From NCBI GenBank assembly GCA_963676565.1, contig OY781089.1:32001-96000 (forward strand): a DNA stretch of 64,000 nt, in the 5' to 3' direction. Origin of the DNA: Halarcobacter sp. (GTDB lineage Bacteria; Campylobacterota; Campylobacteria; Campylobacterales; Arcobacteraceae). Position numbers and translations under genes: made by a program. Below are positions 40,182 to 50,520 of this stretch, piece after piece. A model generated the notes under the pieces. That model was not told where the DNA came from. It searched no databases and worked only from the letters and a program-made list of their open reading frames with translations. Each line of letters begins with the position of its first letter. Position 1 is the stretch's first letter.

Positions 40182-40820
40182 TTATTTTTTAGTTTTTTTA
40201 TAAATATAATCGCCAGCACTTTGACATACTTGCACTAAGGCAATTAGTATTAGTACTGTATAAATCATAGTTTCAGTTTGAAATCTGTAATACCCATATT
40301 TAATGGCTACATCTCCTAAACCTCCACCACCAACAGCTCCTGCCATAGCAGAAAATCCAACAACAGTAATTAGTGTTAATGTAATTGCAGAAATAATACT
40401 TGGTAATGCTTCTACAAGCATTACTTTGAAGATTATTTGAAAATCACTTGCTCCAAATGATTTTGCAGCTTCTATTACCCCTTGGTCTACTTCTTTAAAA
40501 GCACTTTCAATAAGTCTTGCAATAAAAGGAGCAGCTCCTATTGTAAGAGGGATAATTGCAGCTGTTGTACCAATACTTTTTCCTATTAAAAATTTTGTTA
40601 GGGGAAATAACACAATCATCAATATAATAAAAGGAAATGATCTTAAAGTATTAATTACAACATCAAGCACTGAATAGATTTTTAGATTCTCTTTTAAACC
40701 ATCTTTCGAAGTTAGTATTAAAATAATTGCAAAGAAAAAACCAATAACTACTGCAAAAAATGTTGAAACAAACGACATATAAACCGTTTCACCTAGTGCA
40801 GGTAATAATATATCAACCAT
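40182..40820 (-). CDS. metI: Methionine ABC transporter permease
   Basis: LRSFPFIIL, SAMAGAVGGGGLG. Confidence 0.93.
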   Translation of the reverse strand: MVDILLPALGETVYMSFVSTFFAVVIGFFFAIILILTSKDGLKENLKIYSVLDVVINTLRSFPFIILMIVLFPLTKFLIGKSIGTTAAIIPLTIGAAPFIARLIESAFKEVDQGVIEAAKSFGASDFQIIFKVMLVEALPSIISAITLTLITVVGFSAMAGAVGGGGLGDVAIKYGYYRFQTETMIYTVLILIALVQVCQSAGDYIYKKTKK

Positions 40821-41776
40821 TATAATACCTCCCAAACAATATCATGTTCTTTTATATAATCAGTAACTTTTCGTCTATCTTCTTCTTTTATGTTTATAAC
40901 CATATTTCCAACAATATGAGTATTAATCTCTTCTAATTTACCCCAAACAATATTGAAGTCCATATTTAATTCTCTTGCCATTTTAGTAATAAAAGATTGA
41001 TATGCATTATCTTTAGGGAAATATAATTTTATATTTACACCTTCATTTGGTACAACCTCAATCTCCCCTAAAAACTCTTTCATCTTTTCATCTGGTTTTA
41101 AAAATAACTCTTCAGTATCATCAAAACCAATAATATTTCCATGATCAAGCAATAATGCTTTTTGTGCAATTTGCTTAACAACTTCCATCTCATGGGTTAC
41201 TATTACTATGGTGATATTTAGTTTTTCATTAATCTCTTTTAATAGATTTAATATCGATGTAGTAGTATTTGGATCAAGTGCAGAAGTAGCCTCATCAGAA
41301 AGTAGAATCTCAGGATCCAAAGTTAATGCTCTTGCTATAGCAACACGCTGTTTTTGTCCTCCACTTAACTCTTTTGGATAAGAATCAAGTTTATTTTCAA
41401 GTCCAACTAATGCTAAAAGTTCTTTTACTTTTTTATCAATCTCACTTTTTGTATATCCCCAAAGTTGCATTGGAAGTGCAACATTTTCAAATACAGTTTT
41501 TCTTTGGATTAATGAAAAATGTTGGAAAATCATCCCAATATTTTTTCTAAAGCTTCTAAGTTCTTCTTTTTTTAGAGTTTTTATCTCTTTATTATTAACT
41601 TTTAATGAACCCTCACTATAATCTTCAAGACCATTAATACATCTAAGAAGTGTAGATTTACCTGCACCACTATGCCCTACAATAGAGAATACTTCACCCC
41701 TTTTTATATCAATTGAAATATTATTTAAAACTTTTGTTTTTCCATAATATTTATTTAAATTTTTAATATTAATCAT
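40820..41776 (-). CDS. metN: Methionine ABC transporter ATPase
   Basis: [26 protein letters not shown]-terminal NIL-like domain. Confidence 0.93.
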   Translation of the reverse strand: MINIKNLNKYYGKTKVLNNISIDIKRGEVFSIVGHSGAGKSTLLRCINGLEDYSEGSLKVNNKEIKTLKKEELRSFRKNIGMIFQHFSLIQRKTVFENVALPMQLWGYTKSEIDKKVKELLALVGLENKLDSYPKELSGGQKQRVAIARALTLDPEILLSDEATSALDPNTTTSILNLLKEINEKLNITIVIVTHEMEVVKQIAQKALLLDHGNIIGFDDTEELFLKPDEKMKEFLGEIEVVPNEGVNIKLYFPKDNAYQSFITKMARELNMDFNIVWGKLEEINTHIVGNMVINIKEEDRRKVTDYIKEHDIVWEVL

Positions 41777-41885
41777 AATAGATCCTTATAAGGTCGGAAT
41801 ATTATAGAAAAAATAATAAGTTTTAAATTAAAAAGACAATTTATATGTAACTTTTTAAGAATTATGATGATTATTTATTGGAGAG

Positions 41886-41914
41886 GTAGCAAAACTTATA
41901 AAAAGTTTTGCTAC
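41886..41914 (-). terminator. Hairpin downstream of rho
   Basis: GTAGCAAAACTT-ATAAA-AAGTTTTGCTAC; no clear U-tract. Confidence 0.45.
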
Positions 41915-41939
41915 TAAATTTAATATGTATTTATTTAGA

Positions 41940-43286
41940 CTACTCGTTCATTGAGGCAAAGAACTCTTCATTGTTTTTAGTCTTTTGCATTTTTGAATAT
42001 AAGAATTTAAGTGCTTCAACTTCATCCATTTGTGAAATAGCATTTCTTAAAATCCATGTTTTTTGTAAAATATCTGGAGAAAGTAATAACTCTTCTTTTC
42101 TAGTACCTGATTTGATAATATCTAATGCAGGGTAAACTCTTCTATTAGCTGCGTTTCTACTTAATACAACTTCAGAGTTACCAGTACCTTTAAACTCTTC
42201 AAAAATAACTTCATCCATTTTTGAACCAGTTTCAATAAGTGCAGTTGAGATAATAGTTAAAGAACCACCCTCTTCAATATTTCTAGCGGCACCAAAAAAT
42301 CTTTTTGGTTTATGTAATGCATTTGCATCAACCCCACCCGAAAGAACTTTACCAGAACTTGGAGTTACAGTATTATAAGCTCTTGCTAATCTTGTAATTG
42401 AATCTAGTAATATAACCACATCTTTTTTCATCTCAACAAGTCTTTTTGCTTTTTCAATAACAATCTCGGCAACTCTCACATGGTTGTGAGCAGGAAGGTC
42501 AAAAGTAGAAGAGTAAACTTCACCTTTTACACTTCTTTGCATGTCAGTTACCTCTTCAGGTCTTTCATCAATTAATAAAACCATTAGATGTGTATCAGGA
42601 TGATTTCTACTTATACCGTGAGCTAAGTCTTTTAAAAGTTCTGTTTTACCAGTTTTAGGAGGTGCAACAATAAGTCCCCTTTGACCTTTACCCATAGGTG
42701 CAAAAAGATCAAGCATTCTTCCTGTCATTCTATTTTGATCATACTCAAATGTAAATCTTTCAGTAGAATATAATGGTGTTAAGTTATCAAATAGTGGTCT
42801 ATTTTTTGATTCATTTATAGGTAAGTAATTAATTGCTTCAATTTTTAATAATGCATTGTACTTTTCACTATCTTTATTTGGAGGTCTAACTTGTCCTGTT
42901 ACAATATCTCCTGTTCTTAATGCAAACTTTCTAATTTGTGTTGCAGAAACATAAGAATCATTTGAAGTATCTGAGAAGTTTCCATCAATTGCTCTTAAGA
43001 AACCAAATCCACCCTCTTTAATTTCTAAAATTCCAGTAAATAAAATAAATCCACCAGCATCTATTTGATGTTGTAGAATGCTAAACATTAAATCTTGTCT
43101 TTTTAATTCTTGTGGGTTTTCTACATCTAGTTCTTTTGCGATTTTAAGAAGATCATTTAAAGGTAATTCTCTTAGTTGTTCAATTTTGTAACCTTCAACA
43201 GGAACATGAGTTCTTGCTTTTCTAGAGTTCCCGTTTGAGTGCGAGCCTCTTGCTTTAGTTTTAGTTTGAGTTTTTGACTCTTCCAT
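41940..43286 (-). CDS. rho: Transcription termination factor Rho
   Basis: [40 protein letters not shown]. Confidence 0.98.
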   Translation of the reverse strand: MEESKTQTKTKARGSHSNGNSRKARTHVPVEGYKIEQLRELPLNDLLKIAKELDVENPQELKRQDLMFSILQHQIDAGGFILFTGILEIKEGGFGFLRAIDGNFSDTSNDSYVSATQIRKFALRTGDIVTGQVRPPNKDSEKYNALLKIEAINYLPINESKNRPLFDNLTPLYSTERFTFEYDQNRMTGRMLDLFAPMGKGQRGLIVAPPKTGKTELLKDLAHGISRNHPDTHLMVLLIDERPEEVTDMQRSVKGEVYSSTFDLPAHNHVRVAEIVIEKAKRLVEMKKDVVILLDSITRLARAYNTVTPSSGKVLSGGVDANALHKPKRFFGAARNIEEGGSLTIISTALIETGSKMDEVIFEEFKGTGNSEVVLSRNAANRRVYPALDIIKSGTRKEELLLSPDILQKTWILRNAISQMDEVEALKFLYSKMQKTKNNEEFFASMNE

Positions 43287-43416
43287 GAGTTTATTTTGCC
43301 TTTTTTTGATTTACATATTAAGTTATGTGTTTTGTAGTTATATCTAGTATATTTCTTTAAGTCTTGTAATTTTAGTGTTTATTTAGAAAAAAGTCAATTA
43401 ATTAACTTGTGTTGAG

Positions 43417-43445
43417 AAAAAAAGCGCCATAAAAGCGCTTTTTTT
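43417..43445 (-). terminator. Terminator after ahpC copy 1
   Basis: Inverted repeat AAAAAAAGCGC / GCGCTTTTTTT. Confidence 0.7.
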
Positions 43446-43457
43446 AAGGAAAAGATA

Positions 43458-44054
43458 TTATAAGTTACCTTCGTTTTTACCTAAGTACTCAGCTACACCT
43501 TCAGTAGATGGTTTCATACCTTCGTCACCTTTATTCCACCCAGCAGGACAAACTTCACCATGCTCATTAGTAAAAATCATTGTATCTACCATTCTAATCA
43601 TTTCATCAATGTTTCTACCTAATGGTAAGTCGTTAATTACAGCGTGTCTTACAGTACCATCTTTGTCAATTAAGAATGAACCTCTTAATGCAACAGAATC
43701 ACCAAATAGTACATCATAATCTCTTGAAATTTGTTTTGAAAGGTCAGCAACTAGAGGGAATTTAACTCTACCAATACCACCATTTTCAACTGGAGTTTCT
43801 CTCCATGCAAAGTGAGAGAATTGTGAATCTACAGAACAACCAATAACTTGGATTCCTCTTGAAGTAAACTCTTCAATTCTTTTTGAGAATGCAATAATTT
43901 CTGATGGACAAACGAAAGTAAAGTCTAGTGGATAGAAAAATAATACCGCACCTTTTTCACCAATATTGTCATATAAATTAAAATCTTCAACGATTTGACC
44001 ATCAGCAAGTACAGCTGTTGCTGTAAAATCTGGAGCTTTTTTTGTAACTAACAT
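43458..44054 (-). CDS. ahpC: 2-Cys peroxiredoxin (AhpC), copy 1
   Basis: FYPLDFTFVCP, GEVCPAGW; divergent from ferredoxin. Confidence 0.96.
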   Translation of the reverse strand: MLVTKKAPDFTATAVLADGQIVEDFNLYDNIGEKGAVLFFYPLDFTFVCPSEIIAFSKRIEEFTSRGIQVIGCSVDSQFSHFAWRETPVENGGIGRVKFPLVADLSKQISRDYDVLFGDSVALRGSFLIDKDGTVRHAVINDLPLGRNIDEMIRMVDTMIFTNEHGEVCPAGWNKGDEGMKPSTEGVAEYLGKNEGNL

Positions 44055-44344
44055 GTAATTTCCTTTATTATAAATTGTTTTGTGAGTGAAAGTATAGTAT
44101 AATTTTTTTAAATAACATTATGTATAAAATATAAATTTATAAATTTAAGATAGGTTTTATTTTTGGAAAATTTTTATCCCTTAATAGAATATAGTTCAAA
44201 ATTTTTCTTGATAACTGTAATTACTTTCATTATCTAGAATTACCTAATTCTAGGGAATTATAAACCAAACTTATAACTATTCTCATTTAAAGTTAAATTT
44301 ATTTTTTGTGTGATAAAGTTGAATAAATTTTTCAAGGAGTTATA

Positions 44345-44614
44345 ATGGCAGTAAAAATTACTGATATTTGTATTAACTGTGATGCTTGTTTAGATGAGTG
44401 TCCAACAGAATCAATTGTTGATAACGATGAGAATCCTACAGGTGAAGATATTTATTATGTAAACCCAGAAACTTGTACAGAGTGTATCGGTGATCATGAC
44501 GAGCCAGCATGTGCAGAAGCATGTCCTACTGAAGGATGCATTGTTTGGGATGCTAGAGAAGGTGATAATATAAGAGAAGGAATGACTGCTGGTGAGCCAG
44601 TTGTAGAAGACTAA
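44345..44614 (+). CDS. fdxA: 2[4Fe-4S] ferredoxin
   Basis: CINCDACLDECP and CTEC..C...CP. Confidence 0.9.
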   Translation: MAVKITDICINCDACLDECPTESIVDNDENPTGEDIYYVNPETCTECIGDHDEPACAEACPTEGCIVWDAREGDNIREGMTAGEPVVED

Positions 44615-44639
44615 TCTTAATATCATTTTAATTAATTTT

Positions 44640-44688
44640 AATAAAAAGGTAAGTAATTTTTCAAATTGCTTGCCTTTTTTTATTTTTT
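44640..44688 (+). terminator. Terminator after fdxA
   Basis: Hairpin AAAAAGGTAAGTAATTT / AAATTGCTTGCCTTTTT plus T-run. Confidence 0.65.
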
Positions 44689-44733
44689 TAGGTATAATCC
44701 GCGGCTTAAAAAATAAAAGAGGAATGAATACCT

Positions 44734-45147
44734 ATGGAACAAACACTTTCAATCATTAAACCTGATGCAGTGGCAAAGAACGTTGTTGGTAAAATCTTAG
44801 ATAGATTTGAATCTGCTGGATTAAGAATTGCAGCTACAAAAAAAGTTCAATTAAGTAAAGCTGATGCGGAAGCATTTTATGCAGTACATGCAGAAAGACC
44901 TTTTTTTGGTGAATTAGTAGACTTCATGATTTCTGGACCAGTTGTAGTTTCAGTACTTGAAGGTGAAAATGCAATGACTAAAAACAGAGAACTAATGGGT
45001 GCAACTAATCCAAAAGAAGCAGCAGCTGGTACAATTAGAGCAGATTTCGCTGATTCTATTGATGCTAATGCAGTACATGGTTCTGATTCATTAGAAAACG
45101 CAGCAATTGAAATTAAATTTTTCTTCTCAGATAGAGAGATTTGCTAG
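44734..45147 (+). CDS. ndk: Nucleoside diphosphate kinase
   Basis: [15 protein letters not shown]. Confidence 0.97.
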   Translation: MEQTLSIIKPDAVAKNVVGKILDRFESAGLRIAATKKVQLSKADAEAFYAVHAERPFFGELVDFMISGPVVVSVLEGENAMTKNRELMGATNPKEAAAGTIRADFADSIDANAVHGSDSLENAAIEIKFFFSDREIC

Positions 45148-45156
45148 TATTTTCAT

Positions 45157-45540
45157 ATGAAAATAGAATTTAGAAAGGTACCTTTTACTCCAAAAGAGTT
45201 TGAAACTGAACTTAATTCAGTTAAAATTGAAGGTACTTTTTGTAAAATATCGCCATCTTTAGTCAAAATTGACAGTAAACTTACAGGGAACACCACTGTA
45301 AATTGCATTAGATGCGGTGAAGAAGATACTATTACATTAAATGAAAATTTAAATTTTTTACTTAGTGATGGTATCTATAAGTCTGATTCACATAATGATG
45401 AAGACTTAGATATAATAGAAATAGATGGTAATATTATTGATTTTAATGAAATTATTGAAAGCGAAGTATCATCTATATACACAGATTATCATATTTGTTC
45501 AAATTGTACAGATAGTGATTTAATCGAAAAAGAATATTAA
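45157..45540 (+). CDS. YceD/DUF177 family protein
   Basis: Cysteine pairs CIRC and C..NC; immediately upstream of rpmF. Confidence 0.8.
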   Translation: MKIEFRKVPFTPKEFETELNSVKIEGTFCKISPSLVKIDSKLTGNTTVNCIRCGEEDTITLNENLNFLLSDGIYKSDSHNDEDLDIIEIDGNIIDFNEIIESEVSSIYTDYHICSNCTDSDLIEKEY

Positions 45541-45553
45541 ATAAGGAGAAAAC

Positions 45554-45706
45554 ATGGCAGTACCTAAGAGAAGAGTATCACATACTAGAGCAGCTAAAAG
45601 AAGAACTCACTATAAAATTACTTTAAAAAGACCAGTAAAAGATAGTGATGGAACTTGGAAAATGCCTCACATGGTTAACCCAAATACTGGTGAATATAAA
45701 GCATAA
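45554..45706 (+). CDS. rpmF: 50S ribosomal protein L32 (Cys-free form)
   Basis: [21 protein letters not shown]...; SD AAGGAG; TAATG overlap with plsX; absent from the ORF track. Confidence 0.96.
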   Translation: MAVPKRRVSHTRAAKRRTHYKITLKRPVKDSDGTWKMPHMVNPNTGEYKA

Positions 45707-46704
45707 TGCTAAGAATAGCAATTGATGCGATGGGTGGGGATTTCGGTCCTCAACCTATTATGGAGGGTCTTATTTCAGCTCTTCGGCACAATACTGCATT
45801 TACTGCAATAGCAGTAGGTGATGAAAATGAAATTAAACCTCTAATCCCAGCATACTTAATTGATAGAATCGAAATACTACATACAACTGATGTAATTAGT
45901 ATGACTGATTCAGCTACTGAAGCACTTAAAAGAAAAGAATCTACTATATATAAAGCAATAGACTTAGTAAAAGAAGGAAAAGCAGATGCTGTTGTTTCTG
46001 CAGGACACTCTGGAGCTTCTATGTCTTTAGCGACACTAAGAATTGGTAGAATCAAAGGTGTAAGTAGACCAGCAATTGCAACATTGATGCCAACAAGTGA
46101 AAATCAAAATACTTTGGTTTTAGATGTTGGAGCAAATGTTGATTGTGATGCTAAAAATTTATTTGAATTTGCAATTATGGGACAAGTTTATGCACAAGAT
46201 GTATTACAACTTGATGAACCTTTAGTTGGATTATTAAGTAATGGTGAAGAGGAAAGTAAAGGTAATGAAATTACAAAAGAAGCATTTGCAATGCTTTCAA
46301 AAATTCCTAATTTTGCGGGGAATGTTGAAGGAAGTGATGTATTTAAGGGTACAGTAGATGTTGTTGTTTGTGATGGATTTATTGGTAATATTTTACTAAA
46401 AACTGCAGAAGGTGTTGCAGATACAATTGGTAAAATTATAAAAAAAGATTTAAAAAGATCTCTTATCTCTATTGCAGGTGCAGTGTTGATGAGAAAAGTA
46501 TTCAAAAATCTAAAAGTAAGAGTTGATTACGCAGAATATGGTGGAGCTCCACTATTAGGAGTTAAAGCACCAGTAATTATTGCCCATGGTAAATCAAATA
46601 ATAAAGCAATTCAAAATGCAATTTATCAAGCAATTAATGCTGCTAGCTCAAACTTAGACTCTGATATTGAAGAAAGATTAGAACTATACGCAATTGAAAA
46701 ATAG
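45706..46704 (+). CDS. plsX: Phosphate acyltransferase PlsX
   Basis: [32 protein letters not shown]. Confidence 0.97.
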   Translation: MLRIAIDAMGGDFGPQPIMEGLISALRHNTAFTAIAVGDENEIKPLIPAYLIDRIEILHTTDVISMTDSATEALKRKESTIYKAIDLVKEGKADAVVSAGHSGASMSLATLRIGRIKGVSRPAIATLMPTSENQNTLVLDVGANVDCDAKNLFEFAIMGQVYAQDVLQLDEPLVGLLSNGEEESKGNEITKEAFAMLSKIPNFAGNVEGSDVFKGTVDVVVCDGFIGNILLKTAEGVADTIGKIIKKDLKRSLISIAGAVLMRKVFKNLKVRVDYAEYGGAPLLGVKAPVIIAHGKSNNKAIQNAIYQAINAASSNLDSDIEERLELYAIEK

Positions 46705-46732
46705 CGTATTAGTTTTTTAAGGAAATTTTATA

Positions 46733-47731
46733 ATGGCATATGCAGCATTTAGATCAATAGGGGCTTATGTTCCTTCTAAAGTTATGACCAACGTTGACTT
46801 TGAGAAAATCATTGAAACTAGTGATGAATGGATTACAAAAAGAACTGGTATAAAAGAAAGAAGATATGCAGAAGAGAATGAAAACCCTTCTGATATGGGT
46901 GCAAAAGCAGCTACTCAAGCTATTGAGAGAGCTGGAATTGCTAAAGAAGATATTGATTTAGTAATCTGTGCTACAGTTACTCCTGATTATTTATGTATGC
47001 CTTCAACAGCATGCTTAATTGCTTCAAAAATAGGACTTCCTCCTACTCAAGCCTTTGATATAAGTGCGGCTTGTACAGGTTTTGTTTATGCAACTTCTAT
47101 TGCAAAAGCTTTTATTGAATCAGGAATGAAGAAAAATGTACTTATTGTAGGTGCTGAGAAATATACTTCTATTTTAGATTTTACAGACAGAACAACTTGT
47201 TTTATCTTTGGTGATGGAGCTGGTGCGGCAATTATATCTGCAACTGACGAAAAAGCCGAAGCAATCATTGATGTAAACTGTTCAAGTGATGGAAACTACG
47301 ATGATTTAATCAAAACTCCAGGTGGAGGAAGTAAGAATCCTTGTTCTCAAGAAGTAGTTGATTCGAAAATGGCTTGTATTCAAATGAAAGGGAATGAAAC
47401 TTTCAAACTAGCTGTTAAAACTTTAACATCTGATGTTGAAGATATGTTAAAAAAACACAATATTCAAAGTGAAGATATTAATCACTTTATTCCTCATCAA
47501 GCTAACTATAGAATTATTTCTGCAGTTGGAAAAGCATTAGGTTTTAATGAAGATCAAACTGTTATCACTGTACATAAATACGGTAATACATCAGCTGCAT
47601 CTATCCCTATGGCTATGAATTATGCTTATGAACAAGGTAAAATAAAAGCTGGAGATAAAATTTTATTTGATGCCTTTGGTGGTGGACTTACTTGGGGTTC
47701 TGCACTTTTCCCATTTTCTCCAAAAAAGTAA
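46733..47731 (+). CDS. fabH: 3-oxoacyl-ACP synthase III
   Basis: Catalytic triad motifs AACTGF, PHQAN, YGNTSAAS. Confidence 0.97.
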   Translation: MAYAAFRSIGAYVPSKVMTNVDFEKIIETSDEWITKRTGIKERRYAEENENPSDMGAKAATQAIERAGIAKEDIDLVICATVTPDYLCMPSTACLIASKIGLPPTQAFDISAACTGFVYATSIAKAFIESGMKKNVLIVGAEKYTSILDFTDRTTCFIFGDGAGAAIISATDEKAEAIIDVNCSSDGNYDDLIKTPGGGSKNPCSQEVVDSKMACIQMKGNETFKLAVKTLTSDVEDMLKKHNIQSEDINHFIPHQANYRIISAVGKALGFNEDQTVITVHKYGNTSAASIPMAMNYAYEQGKIKAGDKILFDAFGGGLTWGSALFPFSPKK

Positions 47732-47737
47732 TTAGTT

Positions 47738-47757
47738 AAAGAGGTTTAAACCTCTTT
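47738..47757. terminator. Bidirectional terminator
   Basis: Inverted repeat AAAGAGGT / ACCTCTTT. Confidence 0.6.
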
Positions 47758-47761
47758 GCAC

Positions 47762-48082
47762 CTATAAATACTGAACTAATCCCATATAAAATATCGTACC
47801 AAAAAATATAGAAATCAAATAGTTTTTAACACTTAAGTGTAAAACTAAAGTAAAAATTATTCCACTAATCTCTTTTAAACCATATGGATATAAAGCGAAA
47901 TCAACATCTTTTAAAGTATAAAAAATCAATATTGTCATAATAGTAGGTGGGAAAAAATTTTCAATAAAAACTAAAGGTTTTGGTAATTCATTTTTCCTAA
48001 AAAATAAAAAAGGGAAAACTCTAGTAAATAAATTAACTAAAGACATAACCAAAATAGCTAAAAATAACTCTAAATTACCCAT
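47762..48082 (-). CDS. azlD: AzlD branched-chain amino-acid transporter subunit
   Basis: TRVFPFL, FPPTIM; follows azlC. Confidence 0.85.
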   Translation of the reverse strand: MGNLELFLAILVMSLVNLFTRVFPFLFFRKNELPKPLVFIENFFPPTIMTILIFYTLKDVDFALYPYGLKEISGIIFTLVLHLSVKNYLISIFFGTIFYMGLVQYL

Positions 48083-48764
48083 TATCTTCTAATTTCCTTC
48101 TAAAAGTAAATAATAAAACCAAGGACAAGAATATAGATACAATAAGCATCTTATCAGAAGGTATAGTAAGTAAAGCAATAATAGAGACAAAAGAACCTAT
48201 CAAAAAAGGAATTGGATTTTTTAAACTTTTATATTGTTCAACACATAAAACTACAAATAATGCAGTTAAAGAAAACTCTAATCCTGCTGTATTAAATTCT
48301 ATATTAGAGCCTACAATTGCTCCTAAAGTAGAACCTACAAACCAATAGCTTTGATTAAAGGCTGTAAGGAAAAAGTAATACCAATGTTTTTTTAAATTAT
48401 CATCATCTTTTAAAGTTGTAAGAAGTGCATAGGTTTCATCTGTAAGTCCAAAAATCAAATAGGGTTTTAATTTACCACTTTTTTTAAATCTTTTTAATAA
48501 AGATAATCCATAAAAAGATTGTCTTAAATTTACAAACCACGAAGCAATAGCTATATCAACTAAACCAGCTTTTACATTAAAAAAGTTTATGGCAACAAAC
48601 TGTAAAGCTCCAGCATAAATAAAAAGGCTCATAATTGGAGCTAAATACCAACTATAATTAAAGGAAACTAATAATAATCCAAAGGCAAAACCTAAAATCC
48701 CATACCCCATCATCACAGGAATAGAAACTTTAAAAGCAGCCTTAATCTCTCTTTCGTATCTCAT
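48075..48764 (-). CDS. azlC: AzlC branched-chain amino-acid permease
   Basis: YAGALQF, VNLRQSFYG, GLTDETYA. Confidence 0.9.
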   Translation of the reverse strand: MRYEREIKAAFKVSIPVMMGYGILGFAFGLLLVSFNYSWYLAPIMSLFIYAGALQFVAINFFNVKAGLVDIAIASWFVNLRQSFYGLSLLKRFKKSGKLKPYLIFGLTDETYALLTTLKDDDNLKKHWYYFFLTAFNQSYWFVGSTLGAIVGSNIEFNTAGLEFSLTALFVVLCVEQYKSLKNPIPFLIGSFVSIIALLTIPSDKMLIVSIFLSLVLLFTFRRKLEDNG

Positions 48765-48779
48765 TTAAATTAAAAACTT

Positions 48780-49217
48780 TTATTTCATTAATTTTTTATT
48801 GTTTGGATTGTTTTTAAATATATTATATGATTTCTCTTTTGTATCTTTATTAAATTTATCAACTGTTGCAACAGAGTTAACAAAAAGTATTGACTCCCCA
48901 ACAACTATTTGAAATACTGCATAATATGGTATTTTTACAGTTGAACCAAAATTTTCACTTCCAAAGCCTGCTTCAAAAGTTAAAAAAGTATTTTCTAAAT
49001 TAATTGTTGAATAAGTGTAATTAGATAGAACAAATAAAGAAAATTTTGATAGTTGCTGATATGTGTTACTTGGTAATTCTGGATTGAATTTTACGGCATC
49101 TAAGTTTGCTGTTATTGCAAATTCTTGATTTTGATTTAATAAAAATTGTATAGTCTCTTTAACTTGTGAACTTACTAAATCTTTATATTCACTGTTTTCA
49201 ATAATCTTATTTATCAT
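48780..49217 (-). CDS. Hypothetical protein, possibly SspB-like fold
   Basis: ORF with SD AGGA; LTFEAGFG...VKIPYYAVFQIV is reminiscent of SspB. Confidence 0.5.
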   Translation of the reverse strand: MINKIIENSEYKDLVSSQVKETIQFLLNQNQEFAITANLDAVKFNPELPSNTYQQLSKFSLFVLSNYTYSTINLENTFLTFEAGFGSENFGSTVKIPYYAVFQIVVGESILFVNSVATVDKFNKDTKEKSYNIFKNNPNNKKLMK

Positions 49218-49257
49218 TTTTAATCCTAAGTTCATTTTCGCTTAGTTATTATAACGT

Positions 49258-49911
49258 ATGAAACAATTACTTTTACTTATTTTTCTATCATCAATATATT
49301 TACATTCAAAAAGTATTACTTTAAATGAAAATGATTTAAAAACAATTGACAACTCAAAAGATTCAAAAGCTATTAAAATAAGACTTGTAAAGTATGTAAA
49401 ACTAAAACAAAAGGTAAGGCCTTTTACAAATACTCTAAAAAAACTATCCCATATAAACTCATTTTATAATAAGATACTTCCTGTTAATGACTCAACAAAA
49501 TACAATGTTGATGATCACTGGGCAACACCAAAAGAGTTTTTAATACAAGGTCGTGGTGATTGTGAAGATTATGCAATTGCTAAATATTTCACTCTATTAG
49601 AAGTTGGTATTCCTAAAGAGAAACTATATTTTGCCATTGTAAAAGTCAAGGGTGAAACAAACTATCATATGGTTTTATTATATTTTGAAAACAAAAACTC
49701 TATGCCACTGGTTTTAGATAATCTAAGTTTTAAAGTTGTTCCTTTTGATATTAGAAAAAGACTTGAACCCAAGGTTATTTTTAATGAATTTGGAAGTTTT
49801 ACATTAAAAAATAAAAAGATATATAAAAAAGTAAGAATCAATTGGGGTAAAAATAAAGATGACAATAAATGGGAAAAACTATTAAATAGAGTTTATTCAA
49901 AAAATGAATAA
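49258..49911 (+). CDS. Transglutaminase-like cysteine peptidase (LapG/BTLCP family)
   Basis: Signal peptide; DHWATPKEF, GDCEDYAIAKY, HMVL, VLDN (Cys-His-Asp). Confidence 0.9.
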   Translation: MKQLLLLIFLSSIYLHSKSITLNENDLKTIDNSKDSKAIKIRLVKYVKLKQKVRPFTNTLKKLSHINSFYNKILPVNDSTKYNVDDHWATPKEFLIQGRGDCEDYAIAKYFTLLEVGIPKEKLYFAIVKVKGETNYHMVLLYFENKNSMPLVLDNLSFKVVPFDIRKRLEPKVIFNEFGSFTLKNKKIYKKVRINWGKNKDDNKWEKLLNRVYSKNE

Positions 49912-50456
49912 TCCTCTAAAATATCAAAACCTATCATAGCATTCATCAAAGCTATTTTTTTTGCATTTTTTAACATATCAATATCAATATCAGTTTCAAT
50001 TATGTCTTTACTTTCAAGTAATCTATTCCTTGTCGTCCCTTCCAATAAAGGTTTTTTTGCAGTTAGCCAATTATCCCCATCAAATAAAGCAATATTTGCA
50101 ATAGAAGTATCAGTTAAAAGGTTGTTTTTAAAAATCATTATCTCATCTGCTAATTCTTTTTTTAAGAATAGTTCATCAATACAGCTTCTATCTAAAAACT
50201 TTTTTGAATATTCTATTTCATCATCAAATATAAGTTTAAAACTTTTAATTTCTCTTTTTTTATATTCAAAAAATTCTACATTGATAACTTCGTTTTCATC
50301 ATAAATAAGTTTACATCTTAAAAGTTTATTTGATAATGGATAGATATAATCTTGTAGATTTAAATTTAGTCCAACAGTTTTAGCAACACGATTTTCATGG
50401 AAAGGAAGATTAAAAATCTCATAATCTTCACATTTAATAGTTTCAAAATATTTCAT
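49893..50456 (-). CDS. pabC: Aminodeoxychorismate lyase-like class IV PLP enzyme
   Basis: YFETIK, LTDTSIANI, PLLEGTTR. Confidence 0.8.
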   Translation of the reverse strand: MKYFETIKCEDYEIFNLPFHENRVAKTVGLNLNLQDYIYPLSNKLLRCKLIYDENEVINVEFFEYKKREIKSFKLIFDDEIEYSKKFLDRSCIDELFLKKELADEIMIFKNNLLTDTSIANIALFDGDNWLTAKKPLLEGTTRNRLLESKDIIETDIDIDMLKNAKKIALMNAMIGFDILEDYSFFE

Positions 50457-50487
50457 AAAAGTATGATATCAAATTTTTTATTTTAAA

Positions 50488-50520
50488 AATACCTTGTGAG
50501 GAGATTCCTCACAAGGTATT
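50488..50520 (-). terminator. Terminator of the fructose PTS operon
   Basis: Perfect 15-bp stem AATACCTTGTGAGGA-GAT-TCCTCACAAGGTATT; T-run on the minus strand. Confidence 0.8.

Noticed and set aside
41777..41880. SAM riboswitch or T-box upstream of metN
   Set aside because: The -10 box (41806-01) implies a leader of only about 20 nt, with no structured motif.
45554..45706. Cys-free L32 as a zinc-starvation paralogue
   Set aside because: It sits in the core yceD-rpmF-plsX operon, so it is the housekeeping copy.
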